Source: Patescibacteria group bacterium (GTDB taxonomy: Bacteria; Patescibacteriota; Minisyncoccia; Phycocordibacterales; UBA1006). From it: 64,000 bases of DNA. A program made the position numbers and the translations under genes. Of the stretch, positions 39,166 through 47,554 are shown one piece after another. Within the stretch, counting starts at the first letter, position 1, and every line of letters begins with the position of its first letter. The notes under the pieces were generated by a model that did no database searches, had not been told where the DNA came from, and saw nothing but the letters and a program-made list of their open reading frames with translations. Where the stretch lies: positions 70,464 to 134,463 of the forward strand of contig JAQBQS010000016.1 of NCBI GenBank assembly GCA_028286885.1. Direction: 5' to 3'.

Positions 39166-40695
39166 ATGAAAAAACACTTTTCGACTTTCAAATACGTAGG
39201 AGTTCTTGCCATCGTTGCGCTTGCGCTCGGACTTGGCATCCATAAGATCAACGCTTCGACTGCAACAGTTACGGTAACTGGCATCAGCGGATTCGGATGG
39301 TCGGATATGCCCGATACGTCGAACGAGTGTTTGCATGGAATTCCTCCTAATAACACATCGTGCGGCTCATACGTTTCTGATCATACAAGCGGCCAGGTAG
39401 GCCGCGGCGCAGGATGGATCAGCATGAACGGCTCGGCAGGAACATCTTCCGGCATGGGCGGAAACGTCTCGATCAATTCAACGACGGGCGAACTCCACGG
39501 ATACGCATGGACGCCGAACATGGGTTGGATCAGATTTGATCCGACAGGCCCGTATCCGGTACAGCCGACAGTAGGAATCGGCAACGCTCCGAACGGAAGC
39601 GTGCCAGGGGGCCCGGTAGGACCCCAGACAGGCGGCAACGGATCTCAGACAGTTCCGGCGAATACAGGAATTCCAGGCAGCGGCCTCCTTGAAAATATTA
39701 TCGAAAAGATTTTGGGCAATCAGAAAGCCTATGCAACGGCCATTTCGAGCAAAATTAACCTGACCAGCGGAACATGGGAAGGCTGGGCTCGGGCTTGTGC
39801 CGTCTTCCAGTCAGGTTGCGACGGAGCACTTGCTACGAGCGACGTAACGGGCGGATGGGACGGATGGATTTCGCTTTCTGGAGACACTTCAAGCATTTGG
39901 CAGATCAACCATCATTACGGCGTCGTCAGCAACATGACAACCGGCGCAACAACAGGTTGGGCATGGGGAGGCGATATCATGGGATGGATTAACTTTGACA
40001 ATGTAAGGCTTCTGATCGCTCCTCTTACATGCGTCGGAACTGACGGCAATACATATACCTATGCTCAAGGAACGACGCCTCCGCCTATCTGCAGCGCATT
40101 GTTATGTTCAGATCCGTTAGCGAACAACGTCGGAAGCGCGCTTCCTTGTACCTACGACGGCCAACTGTGTACCGATCCGTTAGCGAACAACGTCGGAAGC
40201 GCGACTCCTTGTACCTATGGCATCTGTGCCAACCCTCTTGCTACGAACTACGGACAGTCAGGCGCATGTATCCTGCCTATTGTTACAGGCCTTAACGGTG
40301 CGTCAGCGACGATCAGTCAGACAAACGACTGTTCAACAGGCACCGCAGTCATCACATGGTCTACAATCGGGGTTTCTCCCATGTGTCAGGCATCGACAAG
40401 CGGAACGTCAGGTATTACGGGATTCTCGGGGCCGGTCCAGCCAAGCGGTTCGGCGACGGTCCACGGCATCCAGCAGAACGGACAGGCGAACAACTTTACC
40501 ATCACGTGCCCGAATCTGCTGCCCGGATACATCCATCGCGGACCGGTGACAGGAACAACCCAGGTAACATGTCAGATTCCAAACGTGTGTACCGATCCGG
40601 CGGCGAACAACGTTGGAAGTCCGCTTCCATGTACTTATGGTCCAGGAGGGCCTGGAAGCACGGGAACGCCACATCCTATTTACAAAGAAAATTAA
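39166..40695 (+). CDS. secreted repeat protein with GWxW...MGWIxFD motifs and four CxDPxANNxGSxxPCTY repeats
   Basis: Signal peptide; GYAWTPNMGWIRFD and GWAWGGDIMGWINFD motifs; Cys-pair repeats. Confidence 0.55.
   Translation: MKKHFSTFKYVGVLAIVALALGLGIHKINASTATVTVTGISGFGWSDMPDTSNECLHGIPPNNTSCGSYVSDHTSGQVGRGAGWISMNGSAGTSSGMGGNVSINSTTGELHGYAWTPNMGWIRFDPTGPYPVQPTVGIGNAPNGSVPGGPVGPQTGGNGSQTVPANTGIPGSGLLENIIEKILGNQKAYATAISSKINLTSGTWEGWARACAVFQSGCDGALATSDVTGGWDGWISLSGDTSSIWQINHHYGVVSNMTTGATTGWAWGGDIMGWINFDNVRLLIAPLTCVGTDGNTYTYAQGTTPPPICSALLCSDPLANNVGSALPCTYDGQLCTDPLANNVGSATPCTYGICANPLATNYGQSGACILPIVTGLNGASATISQTNDCSTGTAVITWSTIGVSPMCQASTSGTSGITGFSGPVQPSGSATVHGIQQNGQANNFTITCPNLLPGYIHRGPVTGTTQVTCQIPNVCTDPAANNVGSPLPCTYGPGGPGSTGTPHPIYKEN
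40104..40223 (+). repeat. near-perfect tandem duplication (about 60 bp x 2) inside the secreted protein gene
   Basis: gatccgttagcgaacaacgtcggaagcgcgc/actccttgtacctA... occurs twice in a row. Confidence 0.75.
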
Positions 40696-40707
40696 TTATC
40701 AACTTTC

Positions 40708-41943
40708 ATGAAATCTTTCAAAACAATTTCAGTGGCCGTACTTGCAGCCCTCGCGCTTCTTGTCTCGGTTCACTTCGCCCATGCCGCATGGACGGTTCCG
40801 ACCGGAGTTCCCCCGACAGGCAATGTTACGGCGCCTGTTAACGTAGGCGCGACAGGCCAGGTCAAGACAGGGCCGTTCACAGTCCTTAATCTCTTCATGG
40901 CCAAGCAGGGAATCTTCGGCCCGCAGATTGCGAGCGTTTCGAGCACGACGAATATTTTCAGCGCCATGTCGGCAGTTCTCGGAGGACACGGCATCTGGAT
41001 CGACCAGGCCGGAAATCCTACCGTGCAGGGTACCCAGCTTAATATCAACTTGACCCAAAATAGCGCTGGCGCAGGACGAAATGCCATTGATATCGAAGTA
41101 AGCCCGGACAACACGGCAGTTGATAAGCACGCTGCATTTACGACGAACGCCCCGGGATTCCACTTCTGGAGCAATGCGACGGCATCGAGCGGAGGCATTC
41201 TTGCCGGATACATTACTCTTAACAGAGGATGTCAGGCCAACGGAGGTGTCGACTGTACGGGCAAGATCTTGACATCGGACGCAAATGGAAACGCATCATG
41301 GGAGGATGCTTCGGCGATCGCTCCACTCCCAACGCTTACTGGAGGTACGATGGATATCAAAATTGTTCGTGCAATAAATAATGCTTCAGGTTATCGAGCA
41401 TTCGCATCATGCGCGGCTGGAACCCAATCAAGCGATACAAGTGGTGAGAATATTCCATCATCAGGAGGTTATACCCTCGTTGGTGGTGGCGGCGATTGTG
41501 CTGATAGTACAATGCTCATCTCTCAGCCGAATGCAGGAAATATTCATAATGAATGGCAGGTAAGCTGCGTAGGACATCTTGGAGTTGATGTACATTCAAC
41601 AGCGGTCTGTATGAAATATGTAGCTCCGACTCTCGCAGCTCCGACAGCGCCTGTTGTTACGACGCAGTGGTCAGCTCCATCGGGATACTCTCCTAATACC
41701 GGCAACGGAAGCTACGGTTACGGATGTTCGTTCTTCGGAACACATTCATATGGAGTTCGCCAGCATAATTCCTCGGGTGATCAGTTCATCCAGAACTCAT
41801 GTCTCTACCGAATCCGCCCGGGAACCCAAGGAACCCAGCAGTGTCAGTACGGATCGGTTACGAATACGAATGCTAACCTCCAGCCGGTTTCAAGCTGTAC
41901 TGAATCGTCATCATCGACAACCTACACGCTTTACCGCAATTAA
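40708..41943 (+). CDS. secreted Cys-rich hypothetical protein (411 aa)
   Basis: Signal peptide MKSFKTISVAVLAALALLVSVHFAHA; multiple Cys in the C-terminal half. Confidence 0.5.
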   Translation: MKSFKTISVAVLAALALLVSVHFAHAAWTVPTGVPPTGNVTAPVNVGATGQVKTGPFTVLNLFMAKQGIFGPQIASVSSTTNIFSAMSAVLGGHGIWIDQAGNPTVQGTQLNINLTQNSAGAGRNAIDIEVSPDNTAVDKHAAFTTNAPGFHFWSNATASSGGILAGYITLNRGCQANGGVDCTGKILTSDANGNASWEDASAIAPLPTLTGGTMDIKIVRAINNASGYRAFASCAAGTQSSDTSGENIPSSGGYTLVGGGGDCADSTMLISQPNAGNIHNEWQVSCVGHLGVDVHSTAVCMKYVAPTLAAPTAPVVTTQWSAPSGYSPNTGNGSYGYGCSFFGTHSYGVRQHNSSGDQFIQNSCLYRIRPGTQGTQQCQYGSVTNTNANLQPVSSCTESSSSTTYTLYRN

Positions 41944-41946
41944 CTC

Positions 41947-41975
41947 AAAAAGCGCCTTCCTAAAGGCGCTTTTTG
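41947..41975 (+). terminator. rho-independent terminator
   Basis: agcgcctt-ccta-aaggcgct followed by TTTT. Confidence 0.7.
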
Positions 41976-42090
41976 CTATAGAGAGTTTTCCACAGGTCCG
42001 GGAAGGAGACCTTGACAATCTTTTTAAGAAAGGTTACTATAAAAGTAGTAGAATTCTGTTTTTTTACAATAACATAAAATCCCATAAATC

Positions 42091-42699
42091 ATGAGAAAAT
42101 TTTTCACGTTTATTTTTGCAGCCGTCCTCGCATTGGGAGCTGCCGCGCAAACCGCGCCGTCTTTTGATCAAGGCAATGGCTTCAGCTATGATCCTTACCC
42201 GGATCACGTCGTAATCCATTACAACTACGATTCGGCGACGGTACTGCCGGTCTACATGACCTTTTCTCTTACTACACCTGTAGGAGATACGGCCGTTGTC
42301 GATTCGTATTTCGTAGATAATACGAGGCATGCCGACCATGTCGTCTACATCACGCCTGCGCCTGCGCCCTATACGATCTACAAGGTTTACTTCTTTATGA
42401 CCAATGACTCCGGCTCTAGTACCGGATTCAGCAATGTGAGAACCGCCGGTCCAAACGGCATAACGCCAATTGATACAAAAGCCGTGCGCATCGTAACAGA
42501 ACAAAAAGCATGTACGATTACTGCAGACGAGTCTTACCAAGGATCGCAAGTTTCGCTTTATTCGATCATCGGCCAGAAGGTTGCATCAGAAAAAATAGAG
42601 ATGGGACAATGTATCGTTCATGCGCAGACAGCAGGAATCTACATTCTTGCGATTGACCGTAACGGTACTATTGAAACAAAAAAAATACTGATCGAGTAG
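42091..42699 (+). CDS. secreted protein with a Por/T9SS-like C-terminal beta-sandwich tail
   Basis: Signal peptide; C-terminal VSLYSIIGQKVASEKIEMGQCIVHAQTAGIYILAIDRNGTIETKKILIE resembles a type-A sorting domain. Confidence 0.5.
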   Translation: MRKFFTFIFAAVLALGAAAQTAPSFDQGNGFSYDPYPDHVVIHYNYDSATVLPVYMTFSLTTPVGDTAVVDSYFVDNTRHADHVVYITPAPAPYTIYKVYFFMTNDSGSSTGFSNVRTAGPNGITPIDTKAVRIVTEQKACTITADESYQGSQVSLYSIIGQKVASEKIEMGQCIVHAQTAGIYILAIDRNGTIETKKILIE

Positions 42700-42760
42700 A
42701 TCAAAACGCGCTGTTGACTTTGTAGTCATGTATTTAAGATACGTGACCTCGAATCAAATG

Positions 42761-42789
42761 CCGGCATCCAAATGGGTGCCGGTTTTTTA
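42761..42789 (+). terminator. rho-independent terminator
   Basis: ccggcatcc-aaat-gggtgccgg followed by TTTTTT. Confidence 0.7.
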
Positions 42790-42790
42790 T

Positions 42791-42819
42791 TTGACTTATT
42801 TCTTCGGCAGGAATACTCT
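42791..42819 (+). promoter_or_regulatory. sigma70-like promoter
   Basis: TTGACT-17 nt-TACTCT. Confidence 0.45.
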
Positions 42820-42856
42820 AAGAGAAATTTCGTTCACAAACCGTAAATAAAAGACC

Positions 42857-43285
42857 ATGAAAAAGACATCGACGCTTTCGTTTCTGATTCTTTTCTTCTT
42901 TACATTCGCCTTTGCCGAGCGTCCGGACACCGCGTCCGATTCACATACGCCGTGCATCGCGCAGTCTCCCGGCTTCGGATCGGTCATCAACCGCATCGGA
43001 TACGCCGGCGAGATGATTTCGGAGGTTTATTTCGAGGTGGCGCCGACACCGGCCGACGTCCGCAAAGACGGCATCGGATACTGGGTCCGGCATCCTAATT
43101 ACAAGCCGGACGGCGCGCCTACCGTTTTGGATTTTGTCTCCAACGACAACAGGGCCGTAAGAAAGGCGATCAAGGAAAAGAAACCGCTTGTCATCATGGC
43201 GACGCTTTCCAAAAATGAACATGACGAATGGGCGGTGACGACGCGGGAGGAGGCGCTCATCCACATTCCTCCGCTGAAAAAATAG
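42857..43285 (+). CDS. secreted hypothetical protein (142 aa)
   Basis: Signal peptide MKKTSTLSFLILFFFTFAFA. Confidence 0.45.
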   Translation: MKKTSTLSFLILFFFTFAFAERPDTASDSHTPCIAQSPGFGSVINRIGYAGEMISEVYFEVAPTPADVRKDGIGYWVRHPNYKPDGAPTVLDFVSNDNRAVRKAIKEKKPLVIMATLSKNEHDEWAVTTREEALIHIPPLKK

Positions 43286-43330
43286 GTTTCGGGTTTCCGG
43301 GGAGGAGTCTGCTCCCCAAGGTTGTCAGGT

Positions 43331-43364
43331 AGCCGCACGCCACTCGGTCGTGCGGTTTTTTTTG
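43331..43364 (+). terminator. rho-independent terminator
   Basis: ccgcacg-N9-cgtgcgg followed by TTTTTTTT. Confidence 0.7.
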
Positions 43365-43394
43365 TTTTCCAAGAATACAAGGTATACTTGCACC

Positions 43395-44156
43395 ATGAAA
43401 AAACTCATTGTGGGCAATTGGAAAATGAATCCGACGCGCGGGACTGATGCGCGCAAGCTGTTCAAATCCGTAAATGCGACCGCTTCAAAACTGAAAAATA
43501 CCGAAACGGTCGTTTGTCCGCCGCTTGTTTATTTGGAGTCGCTCGGCGAACTGGTGACGACGCGGTCGTGCGTGCTCGGCTCGCAAGACGCATTTTGGGA
43601 ACATGCGGGAGCCTACACGGGACAGGTTTCCGCCGATATGATTTTCGGCACGAAGGCGCGTTATGTCATCGTGGGACATTCGGAACGCCGTGCAATGGGC
43701 GAGACGGATGAGATGGTCAGCAAGAAAATAAAAAGCATTTTGCAATTTCCGCTGATTCCGATCGTATGCGTGGGCGAGACGAAGCGCGATGATGATCATG
43801 CGTATGTGAAGCTGGTAAAAAATCAGATCAAAAGCGCGCTTGCCGATTTAACCCAAGAGGAAATCGCGCGGATCGTGATCGCCTATGAACCCGTATGGGC
43901 TATCGGCAAGAATGCCAAGAAGGCATGCGAGCCGTCGGACTGCCGTGAAATGGCGCATGTCATTAAAACAGTATTGGCTGACATTTCAAATGCCGAAATC
44001 GCAAAGGCGATTCCGATACTTTATGGAGGATCGGCGAATGCCGAGAATGCGGAACCTTATTTGAAAGACGGGCTTGTTGACGGATTGTTGGTTGGCCGAG
44101 CAAGTCTGGATGCGAAGGAGTTTATCAAGATTTTAAAAATCGCCGAGAAAAATTGA
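43395..44156 (+). CDS. tpiA: triosephosphate isomerase
   Basis: GNWKMN, VGHSERR and AYEPVWAIG motifs. Confidence 0.9.
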   Translation: MKKLIVGNWKMNPTRGTDARKLFKSVNATASKLKNTETVVCPPLVYLESLGELVTTRSCVLGSQDAFWEHAGAYTGQVSADMIFGTKARYVIVGHSERRAMGETDEMVSKKIKSILQFPLIPIVCVGETKRDDDHAYVKLVKNQIKSALADLTQEEIARIVIAYEPVWAIGKNAKKACEPSDCREMAHVIKTVLADISNAEIAKAIPILYGGSANAENAEPYLKDGLVDGLLVGRASLDAKEFIKILKIAEKN

Positions 44157-44270
44157 TCGTCCTCCCGGGCAAGCGACGGCCTCGAGCGCGACCCGGGATC
44201 CAGGTTCTGCGGGGCCTGGATCCCGGATATGCGCCCGTAGCAAACGGCGCATTCCGGGAAGACGACTACT
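44157..44270 (+). other. GC-rich multi-hairpin intergenic element between tpiA and pgk (possible structured RNA, cis-regulatory or processing site)
   Basis: 12 bp perfect stem cccgggatccagg/cctggatcccgg; hairpin tgcgcc-N10-ggcgca; outer pairing cgtcctcccgg/ccgggaagacg. The core GACCCGGGATCCAGG also occurs at 58946-58960. Confidence 0.4.
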
Positions 44271-44277
44271 TAAACAT

Positions 44278-45405
44278 ATGAACTATCTCTCACAGCAAAA
44301 TCCGGCAGACTTTCACGGCAAGCGTGTTATCTTGCGTTTGGACTTGAACGTACCATTAAATGATGCAGGTCATGTTGATTCAACTGATGCTGATCGCATT
44401 ATGAAATCCTTGCCGACGCTCAAATGGCTCGCTGATGCAGGAGCAAAGACAATCGTCATCTCGCATATCGGACGGGATCCGAAAGAAACGCTCCGTCCTG
44501 TTGCGCGATATATGGAGTCAGTGACGACGATCGGATTTGATCCTGAATTATCCGGCGAGCGGTTGAATGAGATGATTGCGAATATGGGAAACGGGCACGC
44601 GTTGCTTCTTGAAAATCTGCGCAGCAATTCTGGAGAGGAATCAAACGACGAGGCATTTGCCAAATCGATTGCGGACCTCGGCGATATCTACGTGAATGAT
44701 GCGTTCGCCGTTTCTCATCGCGCGCATGCCTCGGTTGTCGGCATTCCGAAACTGCTTCCTCATTTTGCAGGTTTGCAAATGGAGCAGGAAATAGAGCATC
44801 TCTCGAAATCATTTTCTCCGAGTTCTCCGAGCATTCTTGTCTTGGGCGGCGCGAAATTCGAGACGAAACTTCCTGTCATTCAAAAATTCCTCGGCATTGT
44901 AGACCATATTGTAATCGGCGGAGCGCTTGCGAATAATTTTTACAAGGCGATGGGCTACGATGTCGGTTCGTCATTGATTGACGAGACGGCAAACGTCAGT
45001 GGTCTTCTTGGCAATCCCAAGATTATTATTCCTGAAACTGTCATCGTCGAAAACGAGAAAGGCAAAGAAGAGAAGAAGGTGAGCGACGTTGCGCGCGGCG
45101 ACAAGATCGTCGACATTGCGCCAAGCGGACTCGATCTACATGCAGATCTTTTCAAGAATGCAGCGTTCGTTTTGTGGAATGGCCCGATGGGCAACTACGA
45201 AAACGGATTCGTCGACGGGAGCAAGAAAATCGTCGAGCTGATCGCGGATTCGCAGGCGGAATCGATTGTCGGCGGAGGCGATTCGGTGGCGCTTGTCGAG
45301 GAACTCGACATGTCCGAGAAGTTCGGATTCCTGTCTACGGGCGGGGGTGCGATGCTCGAATACTTGGCGCAGGGAACGCTGCCGGGAATAGAGGCACTCA
45401 GGTAG
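44278..45405 (+). CDS. pgk: phosphoglycerate kinase
   Basis: RLDLNVP..., GAKTIVISHIGRD; N- and C-terminal PGK domains. Confidence 0.9.
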   Translation: MNYLSQQNPADFHGKRVILRLDLNVPLNDAGHVDSTDADRIMKSLPTLKWLADAGAKTIVISHIGRDPKETLRPVARYMESVTTIGFDPELSGERLNEMIANMGNGHALLLENLRSNSGEESNDEAFAKSIADLGDIYVNDAFAVSHRAHASVVGIPKLLPHFAGLQMEQEIEHLSKSFSPSSPSILVLGGAKFETKLPVIQKFLGIVDHIVIGGALANNFYKAMGYDVGSSLIDETANVSGLLGNPKIIIPETVIVENEKGKEEKKVSDVARGDKIVDIAPSGLDLHADLFKNAAFVLWNGPMGNYENGFVDGSKKIVELIADSQAESIVGGGDSVALVEELDMSEKFGFLSTGGGAMLEYLAQGTLPGIEALR

Positions 45406-45768
45406 TTGTCATTCCGGACTTCGAGCCGGAATCCATTTTGATTTCTATGAAGGATTATTATGTTTATATTCTAGCGAGTCAAAAGAACGGGACTCTTTAT
45501 ATCGGAGTAACAGGAAATCTTCAACGAAGAATCCATGAACACAAGCATAAAGTTCACGAAGGCTTTACTGCTAAATATAATGTCTCAAACCTTGTTTATT
45601 TTGAAAGAACCCAAGACGTGCACAGTGCACTTGCTAGGGAAACTCGGCTTAAAAACTGGAAAAGGGAATGGAAAATAGATCTTATTGAAAAAGAAAATCC
45701 TGATGGGCACGAGCTTTCAGCTGATCTTTTCTAAAATCATGGATTCCGGGTCAAGCCCGGAATGACAA
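45406..45768 (+). mobile_element. 363 bp mini-cassette: GIY-YIG nuclease ORF bounded by 29/28 bp imperfect terminal inverted repeats
   Basis: Left end ttgtcattccggacttcgagccggaatcc. The reverse complement of the right end is ttgtcattccgggcttgacccggaatcc; the outer 12 and 9 nt are identical. Confidence 0.4.
45447..45734 (+). CDS. GIY-YIG nuclease-family protein (YhbQ/COG2827-like, 95 aa)
   Basis: YVYILASQKNGTLYIGVTGNLQRRIHEH...RETRLKNWKREWKIDLI. Confidence 0.75.
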   Translation: MKDYYVYILASQKNGTLYIGVTGNLQRRIHEHKHKVHEGFTAKYNVSNLVYFERTQDVHSALARETRLKNWKREWKIDLIEKENPDGHELSADLF

Positions 45769-45771
45769 TAT

Positions 45772-45796
45772 AAAAAACACCTTCCGGTGTTTTTTA
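45772..45796. terminator. bidirectional terminator
   Basis: aaaacacc-ttcc-ggtgtttttt with A and T runs on both sides. Confidence 0.6.
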
Positions 45797-45798
45797 TA

Positions 45799-46473
45799 TT
45801 AGAGAGAAATCGCTGCTGTCTGCATCTGCGCCTTGGTCGCGGAATTCATTGAGAGGGAATTAGCGCCGTCGGCATCCATGGTTGTGTAGCCGACTCGATC
45901 AACGCGGAGCTTGTACGATCCGTTCGTTGTCGGATGAACGGCAAGCGAGATTTGGAACGTTGCCGCCGTGTAAGCCGGGATCACGAATCGGTTCGATGCG
46001 TTGAATCCTGCGCCTGAAACGGCTGTGAGGAGGCAGCTTTGCTTGCCGAATCCGTCAGTGGTTGACGCTCCGTCCTTGAGAAGCGAGAACGATACTCCGT
46101 TCTCCGTCAGGTCGCTGTGGCATGACTGCGAGATGTACAAGTCATGATCCGCCGCGTTAACTTTGAACTGAAGCGTAAAGATTCCGTGTTTCGTTGATGA
46201 TGAAGCATCTGCCGACATATTGGCTGTCTGCGAAACAAAGTGAATTTGTGGTTCAACCGATGTTGAGACAGTTCCGGCATTAGACGCTGATGCGGTTGCA
46301 GAAGTCTGGTCGGCTGAATCTGCGGCTGTCTGTGTTGATGTGTCAGACGGAAGGACCAAGGAATCATCCGTGTCAGGTCGTTTTACTGCGACAACGATAA
46401 TAATAATGATGGCGATTACTACGATCGCACCTGCCAGGTACGCGCCGTATTTCTTCATTGATTCGTTATTCAT
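45799..46473 (-). CDS. membrane-anchored Ser/Thr-rich hypothetical protein (224 aa)
   Basis: N-terminal TM AYLAGAIVVIAIIIIIVVAV. Confidence 0.45.
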   Translation of the reverse strand: MNNESMKKYGAYLAGAIVVIAIIIIIVVAVKRPDTDDSLVLPSDTSTQTAADSADQTSATASASNAGTVSTSVEPQIHFVSQTANMSADASSSTKHGIFTLQFKVNAADHDLYISQSCHSDLTENGVSFSLLKDGASTTDGFGKQSCLLTAVSGAGFNASNRFVIPAYTAATFQISLAVHPTTNGSYKLRVDRVGYTTMDADGANSLSMNSATKAQMQTAAISL

Positions 46474-46500
46474 AGAATTTTACTATACCACTTGTAATTA

Positions 46501-46896
46501 TTAATTCATCTTTACTTTTTCTAAAATATCTGTCAATTCTTGATCGGTCGGCCTTTCAGATTCAGGCTTTGGAACGAAGTCCTGAAAGCCGGTATAAATA
46601 GGAATGAGGTGGATATGCGTGTGCGCAACCCCGAAACCTTCCACATGCACCCCAATCTTTGGGGATGCAAAGACTCTTTTGAGGTGAGAAGATATTTTCT
46701 TAACTGTATTCCAAACTGCCTCGTAGTCTTGCGGAGGCATATCTTGAAACTCATCAGTATGATTTTTAGGTATTACCATGAGATGACCTTTTTGGACGGG
46801 ATTGCGGTCTAGAAATGCAATTGTTAAATCGTCTTCGTAAACGATATGTGCGGGGATTTCCTTGGAAATAATTTTGCAAAAAATACAGTCGTTCAT
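46501..46896 (-). CDS. HIT-family (histidine triad) protein
   Basis: CIFCKII...; AHTHIHLIP matches the HxHxHxx motif. Start at the internal MNDCIFCK. Confidence 0.75.
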   Translation of the reverse strand: MNDCIFCKIISKEIPAHIVYEDDLTIAFLDRNPVQKGHLMVIPKNHTDEFQDMPPQDYEAVWNTVKKISSHLKRVFASPKIGVHVEGFGVAHTHIHLIPIYTGFQDFVPKPESERPTDQELTDILEKVKMN

Positions 46897-46995
46897 ATGC
46901 GCCAAGTATACAGATCGAAATGGTTGTTGCAAGAAAAAAAGCCCTTGCTTGCGCAAGGACCTTACTTATAACCGAACCTAATTTTTTTTTAGAGA

Positions 46996-47469
46996 TCACG
47001 CATGGACAAGCGGCTTCAGTTCTTTGCGCATCTTCATGATATAGTCGATCAAGGTATTTTTGTCATTGGACGGGTGAGTCGACAGCTGCTTGAGGTAAGA
47101 TACGTCCTTCTTCTCGAGAAACTTTTTGCTCGAGTACATGGTTCTCGCGATCGCCCGGATGGCGCCGTAGTGATTTTCGGTTCCCGCCCTTGTGCCGTTG
47201 AAATACTCGACGAGCCCTGCCACCTTTTCGTGCATGGAATTAAAATGGAGTATTTTCTGGAGGACGGGATCCTGGGCCGTGTTCGAAGGCCGCTTGAAGG
47301 CGCTCTCGATCGTTTCGGATGGCAGATGGAGATCGTGCTCCATATCCTTGCCAAGTTCCATAGCCTTCCATTGTTTGGCGAGGCTTGCGCTCTGGGAGGG
47401 TTTTGCCTGATCGGATTGGATGGCAGATGCAATGAGGATCATGAGGTGCGGTCTGAAGTTCTTCTTCAT
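46996..47469 (-). CDS. secreted hypothetical protein (157 aa)
   Basis: Signal peptide MKKNFRPHLMILIASAIQS. Confidence 0.4.
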   Translation of the reverse strand: MKKNFRPHLMILIASAIQSDQAKPSQSASLAKQWKAMELGKDMEHDLHLPSETIESAFKRPSNTAQDPVLQKILHFNSMHEKVAGLVEYFNGTRAGTENHYGAIRAIARTMYSSKKFLEKKDVSYLKQLSTHPSNDKNTLIDYIMKMRKELKPLVHA

Positions 47470-47554
47470 TCTATGTTGTTTTGGTGAAAAATTTAGACAA
47501 CTATACTCTTTTTAGTATAAAAGTCAAACGATTCCGCGTGGTAGACTAGTCGCC

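Noticed and set aside
42064-42549. 161 aa minus-strand ORF
   Set aside because: It is antisense to the secreted-protein gene 42091-42699.
44190-44204. CCCGGGATCC (SmaI-BamHI) in two intergenic regions raised the possibility of cloning-vector polylinker contamination
   Set aside because: It does not match pUC/pBluescript polylinkers (those have CCCGGGGATCC plus flanking sites). Both copies are embedded in native-looking spacers with genome-specific flanks.
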